From: Oleiphilaceae bacterium
GTDB lineage: Bacteria > Pseudomonadota > Gammaproteobacteria > Pseudomonadales > Oleiphilaceae
NCBI GenBank assembly: GCA_033720775.1
Contig: JAWWBW010000001.1
Coordinates: 1 to 51,698, forward strand
DNA: 51,698 nt
Direction of reading: 5' to 3'
Shown: one piece after another, positions 27,006 through 36,565 of the stretch
Position numbering within the stretch: position 1 is the first letter of the stretch
Layout: every line of letters begins with the position of its first letter
Program-made: the position numbers and the translations under genes
Notes under the pieces: model-generated
Told to the model about the DNA's origin: nothing
Seen by the model: the letters and a program-made list of their open reading frames with translations, nothing else
Databases searched by the model: none

Positions 27006-29414
27006 ATGCAGGATTACTCTAAATCAAGCTTTTCAAATCTGGCAGAGCCCTTTCTAGAACATGTGGTGTTCAGCAATCGCTTGCTAATCATGGCGATTTT
27101 CTTGTTGATTAGTCTTTTTCTGGGTTTTCAGGCAAGCAAAATCCGGCCAGATGCCAGTTTAGAAAGAATGATCCCGTTAGAGCATCCCTACGTCATTAAT
27201 TTTCTAGATCATCGCAGTGACCTAGAAAACCTGGCGAATTTCATACGCATTTCAGTCGCGGTAAAGGAAGGCGATATTTTTAATGCCGAATATATCGCTT
27301 TGCTCGAAAAGGTAAGTGATGAGGTTTTTTATTTGCCGGGGGTGGACCGCTCCGGTCTGAAATCCTTGTGGACACCAAATGTCAGATGGGTTGAAGTGAC
27401 CGAACAGGGATTTTCAGGGGGACCGGTCATTCCTAATAACTATGATGGGCATGAGCGTAGCCTCGAGCAATTGCGGCAAAACGTATTACGCTCTGGCCAG
27501 GTTGGGCGATTGGTCGCAAATGATTTTAAATCAACCATTGTTTATGTCCCCTTGCTTGAGAAAAATCCCGAAACGGGGGAGTCGCTGGACTACCTTGAAT
27601 TCTCTTTGTTGCTCGAAGAAAAGATTCGCAACAAATATGCGGGCCCGGATTCCCCGATTCGCATACATATAGTTGGCTTTGCCAAAAAAATAGGCGACTT
27701 AATCGAAGGCTTGGGATCAATTGTAGGCTTTTTTCTGGCCGCTTTAGCGATCACGACAATCCTCCTGTATTACTACGCTCGCTGTTTGATTTCGACTCTG
27801 GCCACCGTGGTGTGCTCTACCATCGCCGTTGTATGGCAGATCGGACTGATGCGATCGCTAGGCTATGGTCTTGATCCGTACTCCGTATTGATCCCTTTTA
27901 TCGTATTTGCCACCGCGATCAGCCATGGTGTGCAGTATATCAATGGAATGTCCCATGAAGTCGGGATGGGTAACGAGCCGCTAGCAGCGGCCATTCGCAC
28001 ATTTCGCCATCATTACATGCCAGCGATGTTGGCTTTAATCAGTGATGCTATCGGCTTCTTTACCCTCGTGCTGATCAAAGTTGATGTGATTGGAGATCTG
28101 GCGATCGGCGCCAGCGTGGGCATTGCCAGTATTATCATTACCAATATGGTGCTTCTGCCTATTCTTATGTCCTATTTGGGTGTGACCAAGCGCGGTATTG
28201 CGCATGTTCAGCATGCGGAACAGCATCCGAGTCCGGTTTGGGGATGGATGGCGAAGCTATCGAGTCATCGAGGCGCGTTGACCTTGATTATATTGGCCCA
28301 GATCGGGGCAGCCCTGGCTATTTGGGCATCGCGCGATCTGCAAATTGGGGAGCTCGACGCCGGTGCGCCTGAATTACATCCCGATTCGCGTTACAACAAA
28401 GACAACGACTTCATCACCTCGAATTACTCCACCAGTGCTGACGTAATGGTGGTTATGGTGAAAACTGCGCCAGAGCAATGCAGTAGCTACAAAACCATGG
28501 ATGCGATAGAACGATTGCAATGGATATTGAACGATACTGAGGGCGTGCAGTTAGCGGCATCTATTGTGGATGTTTCCAAGGGCGTCACAAAGGCATTTAA
28601 TGAGGGCAGCCTTAAGTGGTATGAACTGTCCCGTAACCAAAAGATTATCGATACCTCCCTTGCGCAAGTACCCGCTGGTTTTATTAATGGCGACTGCAGT
28701 CTGGCACCGATTTTTGTTTTTCTTAATGACCACCGTGCCGATACCTTACAGCGCACGGTAGACGTGGTAGAGGAATTCGCAGCCGAACACAATTCTGAAG
28801 AGGTGCAATTTCTTTTGGCGGCAGGTAATGCCGGCATCGAAGTCGCTACCAACCAAGTGATCGAAGCTTCTCAAACCTTCATGATGTTGGTGGTATACGT
28901 TGTTGTTGGTTTAATGGTGTTGCTGGCCTATCGTTCAATTCGTGCAGTGGTGTGCGTTGTGATGCCACTCGCGATGACTTCGGTGTTATGTACTGCACTG
29001 ATGGCCCAACTTGGTATTGGCGTGAAAGTATCGACGCTGCCCATTATTGCGCTGGGTGTTGGGCTTGGTGTCGATTACGGCATTTATATATTCAGTCGCT
29101 TGAGTGAATTGCTGGATGAAGGGCTGAGCCTGCAAAAGGCGTATTTTCATACTTTGCGTTCAACGGGTAAGGCGGTTGCATTTACTGGCTTAACCTTGGC
29201 CATCGGAACCGCTACCTGGATGTTCTCTCCCATTAAGTTTCAATCGGATATGGGCATCCTGCTGACATTCATGTTTCTTTGGAACATGGTCGGCGCTCTC
29301 ACCTTGTTACCAGCGCTTTCATACTACTTTCTTAAATACGGCGAAGAGGACGACCGAGAGGTGTATCGTGATGTGGAACCGCGCCTATCCAAAACCGTGG
29401 TCACGCCCAAATAG
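27006..29414 (+). CDS. RND-superfamily exporter (MMPL / COG1033-type, two 6-TM halves)
   Basis: 802 aa with two hydrophobic bundles separated by large soluble loops. N-terminal pattern LLIMAIFLLISLFLGFQASKIRPDASLERMIP is typical of COG1033 exporters. It follows the YCF48-like gene after an 84-nt spacer. Confidence 0.85.
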   Translation: MQDYSKSSFSNLAEPFLEHVVFSNRLLIMAIFLLISLFLGFQASKIRPDASLERMIPLEHPYVINFLDHRSDLENLANFIRISVAVKEGDIFNAEYIALLEKVSDEVFYLPGVDRSGLKSLWTPNVRWVEVTEQGFSGGPVIPNNYDGHERSLEQLRQNVLRSGQVGRLVANDFKSTIVYVPLLEKNPETGESLDYLEFSLLLEEKIRNKYAGPDSPIRIHIVGFAKKIGDLIEGLGSIVGFFLAALAITTILLYYYARCLISTLATVVCSTIAVVWQIGLMRSLGYGLDPYSVLIPFIVFATAISHGVQYINGMSHEVGMGNEPLAAAIRTFRHHYMPAMLALISDAIGFFTLVLIKVDVIGDLAIGASVGIASIIITNMVLLPILMSYLGVTKRGIAHVQHAEQHPSPVWGWMAKLSSHRGALTLIILAQIGAALAIWASRDLQIGELDAGAPELHPDSRYNKDNDFITSNYSTSADVMVVMVKTAPEQCSSYKTMDAIERLQWILNDTEGVQLAASIVDVSKGVTKAFNEGSLKWYELSRNQKIIDTSLAQVPAGFINGDCSLAPIFVFLNDHRADTLQRTVDVVEEFAAEHNSEEVQFLLAAGNAGIEVATNQVIEASQTFMMLVVYVVVGLMVLLAYRSIRAVVCVVMPLAMTSVLCTALMAQLGIGVKVSTLPIIALGVGLGVDYGIYIFSRLSELLDEGLSLQKAYFHTLRSTGKAVAFTGLTLAIGTATWMFSPIKFQSDMGILLTFMFLWNMVGALTLLPALSYYFLKYGEEDDREVYRDVEPRLSKTVVTPK

Positions 29415-29421
29415 AACTGAA

Positions 29422-31575
29422 TTATAGATCGACGGTGATAGTGGGTGAAAACGCGCCTTGTCGCCCATCGTTGTCTATCGTCGCGATACGCAGATAGATG
29501 GTGCCGCGGTTCAGATCGTTTAGTGTGTGGCTGGTAGTGGTGGCCTCATTGATTGTCACAACACCGCTAAAGGAGTTCGAAGCGTAACCGTATTCGATGC
29601 GATAGCCCGCAATTTCGTGCAATGCGAGCGCGCTTCCATCTTCTCTCTGTTCCGGAATATCCCAGTTTAAAACCAAAGAGGGTAGTGCGTTTACGGTGAG
29701 TAATGCGCCGTTGGATGTTAGGGTTTGGCTACCATCGCTGACCCTAACGCTATAAACACCTTCGTCTATTTGTTGCACTGCGTTGATGGATAAAGTTGAG
29801 GATGTTGCGCCAACAAGCTCAATTCCATCGACGAACCATTGGAAATTCAGATTGTTGCCACCGGACACGCCAACGGAAAAGTGCGCGGAGTCGCCTGCGT
29901 CAACGCTCAAGGAATTTGGGTGTGAGGAAATATGGAAATTGCTGGGGGTAAACACCTCAAGCCGCGCACTTTGCGACATGACGCTTCCCTGACTATTGCT
30001 GACCTGTACCGAATAGTTTCCGATATCGGCTTCGCTCACGTTGAATAATTGCAGGCTACTTTGCGTGGCATTTGTCAATGCGGTTCCGTCTTTTAGCCAC
30101 TGGTAGCGAATAAATCCATCGCCTGTCGCATTAACGAAGAAGCTTGCATTGCTACCGCTCGCCGTCGAAACCGAATCCGGATGGTCGACTATCTGAACGG
30201 GCGCGATGCTGGCTGTGACAACGACTTGCACAAAGTCGGATTGTACCTGGCTAACCGCATTGCTAACGATAACGCGATAAGAGCCCGCATCACTGAGCTC
30301 TGCGCTGCTCACGTGCAGTTGGTTTCCGGATTCTCCGGGGAGTATTGATCCTCCTTTTTGCCACTGATACGTGAACGGGCCATCGCCACCCGCGACTACA
30401 TTCAATGTAAAGCTCTGGCCCTCTGTCACACTAACACCTTGAGGCACCTGATTAAGCACGACCGGTTGAATGACTTCATTGACCGTGACCAGTGCTGCAT
30501 TGGACTGGAGGAATTCATCGCTGTCGGATACCGAAGCATAGTACACGCCGCTGTCGGATGTGACTGTATTGGGTATCGACAGTGTGGTGCTGGTCGCACC
30601 GGGGATAACCGTGCCGTCATGAAACCATTGGATACTCATGTGGCTTTCACTTGTTTGAGCGTCTACGCGCAACACCAGTCCTTCACCTTCGTTTAGTGTT
30701 TGTGACTGCGGGTGAGAGATTATTTGCAGTGGCGTATGTTGCAGGCCGGTGGCGTGATCCTGGGCAGTCTCTGCCAGGGAGCGGATACGGGTTTGGTCAG
30801 CTTCGGCTACTTGATATTGCAGAGCATCGGCAATGCGAGCGGCTTCCAGAATAATGGCGAGCAGGTCGATGTCATCTAAACGCGGGACCAGTTGCCAATC
30901 GTTCGAGAGGATCTGCGGTAGAAAGGCTGCTGTGTACACCGCCAGGGCGAGCACTTCATTCGCGCTGTTCGAGATCTCACTGGTTGCCGAGATATCTGGC
31001 CAAACGCGATGTCCTTGGTAGTTCAGTCGGAAAGACTGGTTTATCCAGTCACGGGCGATTGCAATATTCTGTGCTGATAGTCCGCCGGGTAGCTGCAAGG
31101 CAGTACCTACTGTTAAGTGGCTAAACGGGGATAAATTAATCTGGCTGGATTGTCCAACAATGTAGAAACCGTGCAAGGTGAAGGTGTCCGGTAACTGCAT
31201 CCAGGTGCCGAAATCACTTCTCCCGCCATCATGCTGGTCGCATCCGAGGGGGTGGTCGCATCGCATGCGGGTGTCTGTGTCACTCTGAAGTACGAGATGA
31301 AGCACTGAGCCCGGGGAGAGGCTGGTGGGCAGGTTGAATTCGAAGCGGCCTTTAGCGTCTGTGCGGCTCTGCCCCAGAACATCGGTGGTGCCTGCCAGGG
31401 ACCAGGTGACCGTTGCGTTCTGGATCAGGCCTTTAATAGCCTGGCCGTTAACGCTTTTGGTTTGCGTGTCGTTCTGATTGCCGCCACCTGAACATGCAGC
31501 AACCAATAGGCAACAGCCAATGACTGCGAGAAAGGAACGAAGTCCACGCATTAAATGATTGCTTGGAGAGAGCAT
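29422..31575 (-). CDS. Lipoprotein with four tandem immunoglobulin-like (I-set-like) modules and a C-terminal FN3-like domain
   Basis: Lipobox LLVAAC (Cys28). The motif [YF]QW[FQL]..G...........L......[SD].G.Y.V.VS recurs at aa 315, 403, 491 and 578. The C-terminal 87 aa (LVLNWDIP...GYRIEYG...YLRIATID) look FN3-like. The start could also be Met9 (31551). Confidence 0.8.
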   Translation of the reverse strand: MLSPSNHLMRGLRSFLAVIGCCLLVAACSGGGNQNDTQTKSVNGQAIKGLIQNATVTWSLAGTTDVLGQSRTDAKGRFEFNLPTSLSPGSVLHLVLQSDTDTRMRCDHPLGCDQHDGGRSDFGTWMQLPDTFTLHGFYIVGQSSQINLSPFSHLTVGTALQLPGGLSAQNIAIARDWINQSFRLNYQGHRVWPDISATSEISNSANEVLALAVYTAAFLPQILSNDWQLVPRLDDIDLLAIILEAARIADALQYQVAEADQTRIRSLAETAQDHATGLQHTPLQIISHPQSQTLNEGEGLVLRVDAQTSESHMSIQWFHDGTVIPGATSTTLSIPNTVTSDSGVYYASVSDSDEFLQSNAALVTVNEVIQPVVLNQVPQGVSVTEGQSFTLNVVAGGDGPFTYQWQKGGSILPGESGNQLHVSSAELSDAGSYRVIVSNAVSQVQSDFVQVVVTASIAPVQIVDHPDSVSTASGSNASFFVNATGDGFIRYQWLKDGTALTNATQSSLQLFNVSEADIGNYSVQVSNSQGSVMSQSARLEVFTPSNFHISSHPNSLSVDAGDSAHFSVGVSGGNNLNFQWFVDGIELVGATSSTLSINAVQQIDEGVYSVRVSDGSQTLTSNGALLTVNALPSLVLNWDIPEQREDGSALALHEIAGYRIEYGYASNSFSGVVTINEATTTSHTLNDLNRGTIYLRIATIDNDGRQGAFSPTITVDL
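29686..30732 (-). repeat. Protein-level tandem repeat: 4 Ig-like modules of about 88 aa
   Basis: The period of the QW..G motif is 88, 88 and 87 aa. The modules are divergent (conserved at the motif level only), so this is not a recent DNA duplication. Confidence 0.7.
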
Positions 31576-31833
31576 GTATTCAGTTAAGAAACCCGGGTTG
31601 TGGGGTAGTTATTATTTAGTTGTGCCCTTTATATACACGCTGAAAGCGAAAAGCGTGTTACGGATAAACCTCTGCTCAAACTGAAAACGCTATCGACATG
31701 TTGCAACGCGTATGGCAAGAGGAAAGGGCGTCGATGGACTTGACCCATTGGATGAATAATAAGCGAACCATTATAAGAAGGATATCCGAGCAGGATTACC
31801 ATTCATTAATTGATCAAATTAACGTCTATGTGT

Positions 31834-32952
31834 TCACGCTTTGATCTGATTAAGTTCGTTTACCAAGGCTGCTCGATGTGCTTCGCGGGCATCCTCGTTG
31901 TCTTCGCTAAAAAGCGTGTCGAAATGGTTCAGTAGTGCTGACATGCGATCGTTTAACGCATGCAGACCTTGTTGCGCCTGAGCGACCTCTTCAAACAAAT
32001 GTTCGTTGCTGTCATGTGCGGCGTTGGCTTCGGCACTGTAGGAGTCGAGCTGTTCTTTCAATTCGGTGAGACACGAGATAGGTACGGCATCAACATCCTC
32101 TGCGGCGAGAAGCTTTTGACTTTGTTCCTGCAAGGTTAGCTGAGCGGTTTTAAGTTCGCTGACATCTGCCTGAGTCGCGAGTTCCAGGCGATCGACGGCT
32201 TCGTGAAACATGGCCTCGGTTTCGGCGATTTTGGCGCCAATTTTTTCGTTAAACTCATCTGTTCGTACTGATAGTGCGCGTACTTCGTCTGCAACCACAC
32301 TAAAGCCACGGCCCGCATCGCCCGCCCGGGCAGCCTCTATTGCTGCATTGAGCGCGAGCAAGTTGGTTTGAGAGTTAATTTTGTTGATGTCATCGAGGTG
32401 TTCAATGATTTCTTTGAAGTGATCGGCAATGTCGTTAAAGCTGCTATGCAGGGTAATCGTAGCTTGTTTTACCTGCTCAAACTGCGCGACGAGATCGGTG
32501 ACCGTTTGACTCGAAAGTCGCGCGTATTGGTCCAGTTGCTCCAGTTGGCTGGGTTCGAGTTTGTCTTCAACGGCCTTGAGTGCCTGCGTCGCCAGTTCAT
32601 CCATCTGGTTTAAGGCGTCGGCCCTAAGCTGGCTGCTGGCGTGCCGGTTCTTGCCCATGTCATGCAGGGCATGAACATGCTTCCCTAGCTGCCCTAGATG
32701 CTGATCTAGCGTTTGCCTAATCTGACGCAGCATCCGTTGATTTTCTTCTTTATCGGCGGCAAGGCGTTGCGCACGTGGCGTCTGGTCGTAAGGAACCAGA
32801 GAGCGTTCAATCCGCTGCCAGATCATAAAGCCGACGAACATGGTACTGAACACCAATGGGGCAATGATGTAATCGGGGAGTTCCCCGCTCATCAGCAGCC
32901 ATGCGGTGGCCAGTAATTGCATAAAGAGGAGCCAAGCGTATTCGCGCTGCAT
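31834..32952 (-). CDS. Methyl-accepting chemotaxis protein, short form without periplasmic sensor domain
   Basis: Highly conserved signalling hairpin [32 protein letters not shown]. Two N-terminal TM helices are separated by about 4 residues. 372 aa. Confidence 0.85.
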   Translation of the reverse strand: MQREYAWLLFMQLLATAWLLMSGELPDYIIAPLVFSTMFVGFMIWQRIERSLVPYDQTPRAQRLAADKEENQRMLRQIRQTLDQHLGQLGKHVHALHDMGKNRHASSQLRADALNQMDELATQALKAVEDKLEPSQLEQLDQYARLSSQTVTDLVAQFEQVKQATITLHSSFNDIADHFKEIIEHLDDINKINSQTNLLALNAAIEAARAGDAGRGFSVVADEVRALSVRTDEFNEKIGAKIAETEAMFHEAVDRLELATQADVSELKTAQLTLQEQSQKLLAAEDVDAVPISCLTELKEQLDSYSAEANAAHDSNEHLFEEVAQAQQGLHALNDRMSALLNHFDTLFSEDNEDAREAHRAALVNELNQIKA

Positions 32953-33040
32953 GCTTTTCCTTAGTCGAATGCCGGTTGTTGTTATTCAAACAATCTAAGT
33001 CTAGCTCTTATCGTGCGGTTCTCCAGCTATGACGGTAGCT

Positions 33041-34087
33041 TTACGGTGCGATGGACTGTAATTTCCAATTTAGTGATTGATTGGCATGAAATGGCACAAT
33101 TGATCCGCCTTCAGGTAATTCCAATTCAGCAGGTACTGTCCATTCTTCTTTTGTCAGTGTGATGGTGCCCGTGTTGCGCGGTAGACCGTAAAAATCGGGA
33201 CCATGATGGCTGGCAAAATCTTCAAGTTTGTCGAGCACGCCTAATTGCTCAAAAATTTCGGCATACAGCTCGATGGCACTCCAGGCGCTGTAGCAACCGG
33301 CGCAGCCACAGGCATTTTCTTTTTTATCTTTGGCGTGCGGTGCAGAGTCGGTGCCCAAGAAGAATTTGGGGGAGCCGCTTTTCACTGCGTTTTGCAGCGC
33401 CTGCTGGTGGGTGTTGCGTTTGAGTACCGGCAAACAATAGTTGTGAGGACGAATGCCTCCAACCAGCAAATCATTGCGATTGAGCATGAGGTGCTGTGGG
33501 GTGATGGTTGCTGCAAGGCGCTCTGGACCTTCGAGCACAAAGCTTGCTGCGTCGGCGGTGGTGATATGTTCAAACACCACTTTCAGTTCAGTAAATTGCG
33601 CGACGATGTGGCGCAAATGTTCATCGATAAAGGCCTTTTCACGATCAAAAATATCAACTTCACTGTGGGTCACTTCGCCATGAATCAGCAACAACATGCC
33701 CTGATCTGACATGGCTTCGAACACGGGATAAAGCGCATTCAGTGAATTGACTGCCGCAGCAGAATTGGTGGTCGCACCGGCGGGGTAGAGCTTGGCAGCA
33801 ATGACGCCGGCCTGCTTCGCAGCGATAATATCCTGCCGCGTGGTTTGATCGGTGAGGTAGAGCGTCATCAGTGGCTCGAATTGAACACCCTCAGGCGCCG
33901 CCGCGAGAATGCGGTCGCGATACGCCATAGCCTGAGCTGCCGTGCATACGGGTGGAACCAGATTGGGCATCACAATGGCGCGACGAAAGCACCGCGCGGT
34001 GGCGGGGACTGTCTCCTGTAACATGGCGCCATCGCGCAAATGCAGGTGCCAGTCATCGGGAGTGCGTATCGTCAGGGTTTGTGTCAT
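33041..34087 (-). CDS. pyrC: Dihydroorotase (homodimeric type)
   Basis: [10 protein letters not shown] metal-binding motif. 348 aa. Confidence 0.95.
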   Translation of the reverse strand: MTQTLTIRTPDDWHLHLRDGAMLQETVPATARCFRRAIVMPNLVPPVCTAAQAMAYRDRILAAAPEGVQFEPLMTLYLTDQTTRQDIIAAKQAGVIAAKLYPAGATTNSAAAVNSLNALYPVFEAMSDQGMLLLIHGEVTHSEVDIFDREKAFIDEHLRHIVAQFTELKVVFEHITTADAASFVLEGPERLAATITPQHLMLNRNDLLVGGIRPHNYCLPVLKRNTHQQALQNAVKSGSPKFFLGTDSAPHAKDKKENACGCAGCYSAWSAIELYAEIFEQLGVLDKLEDFASHHGPDFYGLPRNTGTITLTKEEWTVPAELELPEGGSIVPFHANQSLNWKLQSIAP

Positions 34088-34191
34088 GCTTCGGCCTCTT
34101 ATTCATGTCAGCAGCGGGCGGCTATTATGCCTCATCGCGCATGATCGATAAACGCTGCCCTGTTTTCCTGTAGATAAGGATTCTCATCACG

Positions 34192-36009
34192 ATGCGTCGA
34201 TTTGGCGATCACCCTGAAACTTCTGGTATGTCATGGCAGGTGCTGTCGTCACTGTGGCCATACTTACTGGCCTTCAAGCGTCGTGTTTTCTGGGCAAGCG
34301 TGTGTTTAATACTGGCAAAAGTGGCCAGTATTTATTTGCCCTTCTTACTCAAATACCTGGTCGATGCGCTGGATGCTGCAAGCCCAGAGGCGACAACGCA
34401 GCAAGTCAATGCATGGTTGCTGGGGCCGCTTGCTCTGGTGTTTGCCTATGGGATGGCCCGCTTTCTTAATGTGGTCTTCAACGAGTTACGCGACACCCTG
34501 TTCGGGCGGGTGACCGAAGGCACCATGCGCAGTGTTGGTCTGGCTACCTTTAAGCATCTGCATCGCCTTGAACTGGATTTTCACCTCAATCGCCGCACCG
34601 GTGCCGTATCGCGTGATATGGAACGGGGCATTTCTGCCATCAATTCCCTCATGCGATTTATGGTGTTCAACATCATCCCCACGCTGGTTGAGGTGTTGAT
34701 CGTTGTGGTGTTGTTATTCATCAACTATGGCTTGTCCTTTGCGCTGACCATTTTCTTATCGGTGGTGTTTTACATCGGCTTCTCGGTTTATGCCACTGAA
34801 TGGCGAACGCGCTTTGTACGTAAGGCCAATATGGCCGACTCAAAAAGTAATGCCCGGGCCATCGACAGTCTCTTGAATTATGAAACGGTGAAATACTTCA
34901 CTAACGAGCGCTATGAGGCCGCGCGCTACGACGGTGCTTTGGCGGAGTGGCAGGAGGCCAAGCGCCAAAATCGCCTGAGTCTGTTTGCTCTAAATGGCGG
35001 TCAGGCGCTTATTGTTGCGATCGGCACCACGACCATGCTGGCCATCGCCGCGCTTGGTGTGCAGCGAGGCGAATTGACTATCGGTGACTTTGTGCTGCTG
35101 AATGCCTTCATGATGCAGATCTTTATCCCCCTGAATTTTCTGGGTTTTGTCTATCGTGAAATCAAAGGCTCGTTAGCGAGTATTGAGGGCTTGTTTGATT
35201 TGCTGAAGCAACCTGTGCGCATTGATGATGCGCCTGATGCGCCGGCGTTGCAGGTCGATCAGGGAGCAATTCATTTTGAAATGGTCGACTTTGCCTATCA
35301 GCCTGATCGGCAGATACTGAGTCAGATTGATTTGCATATTGCAGCGGGAGAAACCGTGGCTCTGGTTGGCGCGAGCGGTTCCGGCAAGTCGACGATGGTG
35401 AAGTTGCTATTTCGTTTTTATGATCCAGTCACCGGGCGCATTCTGATTGATGGCCAGGACATCAAAACAGTGCGCCAAGAATCCTTGCGGGCCGCGCTGG
35501 GTATAGTGCCGCAGGATACCGTGTTATTTAACGATACCCTGCGAGAAAATATTCGTTATGGGCGTCCGGAAGCCAGTGATGATGAGGTGTATCAGGCGGC
35601 CTGTTTGGCCCATCTCGAAGAATTTATTCAGCAACTTCCCGACGGTATGGACACCCATGTGGGTGAGCGTGGGCTGAAGCTCTCGGGAGGCGAAAAACAA
35701 CGCGTCGCCATTGCCAGAACGATTTTGAAGAATCCCAAAATTCTGGTCTTCGATGAGGCTACATCGTCACTGGATAGTCGCTCTGAACTGGCGATACTCA
35801 GCGCTATAAAGTCCATGTCTTCGGGGCGTACGACACTGGTGATTGCGCACCGATTGTCGACCATCGTCGATGCCGATCGCATTATTGTGATGCATGCCGG
35901 GCGTATCGTTGAACAGGGAGCCCATCAGCCATTGCTCGATGCCAAAGGTGCTTACTATGATCTGTGGCAGGCGCAGCAGCATGAAGCTTCAGAGATCACT
36001 GCCGAATAG
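34192..36009 (+). CDS. ABC exporter, fused permease-ATPase, Atm1/HMT1-like (ABCB type)
   Basis: N-terminal 6-TM domain, Walker A GASGSGKST, signature LSGGEKQRVAIAR, Walker B ILVFDEATSSLD. An alternative start is the ATG at 34228. Confidence 0.85.
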   Translation: MRRFGDHPETSGMSWQVLSSLWPYLLAFKRRVFWASVCLILAKVASIYLPFLLKYLVDALDAASPEATTQQVNAWLLGPLALVFAYGMARFLNVVFNELRDTLFGRVTEGTMRSVGLATFKHLHRLELDFHLNRRTGAVSRDMERGISAINSLMRFMVFNIIPTLVEVLIVVVLLFINYGLSFALTIFLSVVFYIGFSVYATEWRTRFVRKANMADSKSNARAIDSLLNYETVKYFTNERYEAARYDGALAEWQEAKRQNRLSLFALNGGQALIVAIGTTTMLAIAALGVQRGELTIGDFVLLNAFMMQIFIPLNFLGFVYREIKGSLASIEGLFDLLKQPVRIDDAPDAPALQVDQGAIHFEMVDFAYQPDRQILSQIDLHIAAGETVALVGASGSGKSTMVKLLFRFYDPVTGRILIDGQDIKTVRQESLRAALGIVPQDTVLFNDTLRENIRYGRPEASDDEVYQAACLAHLEEFIQQLPDGMDTHVGERGLKLSGGEKQRVAIARTILKNPKILVFDEATSSLDSRSELAILSAIKSMSSGRTTLVIAHRLSTIVDADRIIVMHAGRIVEQGAHQPLLDAKGAYYDLWQAQQHEASEITAE

Positions 36010-36015
36010 CGCGCC

Positions 36016-36394
36016 TTACTTGACATTCGAGTCGAGCACGAAGCGCTCAAAGTCTTTATCAACGCCCATTACATGGCGAATAAGCCACTCTCTCAGAAAG
36101 GTAGATAAGCTTTGCCTGAGCTTGGTGTCGCTGAGCTCGGGAGCGTGTACCAGTTGATTGATTTCGTCGCGAAAGCGATTGTGCGTTGCCACATGCTGCG
36201 CAGGTTGGGGGTAGTCTAAAGCCTGCATGTAGGCCTCTTCGAGCATAAAGTGGTGCTCTGCATTAGCGCCGGAACGGGGCTTACTTAATCGCATCAATAA
36301 GCTTGAACAGAATCTGGTGCTGCGTATCCTGCCAGAGTAAATCGCTGGTTTTGTGCATGCTCATCACTACAATGACCTCACGTTTGTGAGACAT
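36016..36394 (-). pseudogene. Hemerythrin-like metal-binding protein gene interrupted by a frameshift
   Basis: The 36394-36281 frame encodes MSHKREVIVVMSMHKTSDLLWQDTQHQILFKLIDAIK* (helix-1 D.QH..L motif). The 36297-36016 frame, offset by 1 nt, encodes the remaining ligand motifs HFMLEE (HxxxE), HVATH (HxxxH) and HVMGVD (HxxxxD). Confidence 0.6.
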
Positions 36395-36565
36395 GATGAG
36401 TCTAATGGCGCAAGGCGCTGTGCCACTTGATGCATATCAAGCACAAGGACTATGGCAAACGCAGATTATTCTGGCGAGTGCAAAAAAAAACACGGATCAG
36501 GATGACAAATGACGGTGTAGCGACCATATTTGTGGTATGGGATTTATTGAAGTGGAAGTGCTCCC

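Noticed and set aside
33245-33709. 154-aa plus-strand ORF antisense to pyrC
   Set aside because: It is embedded in pyrC and has no motifs.
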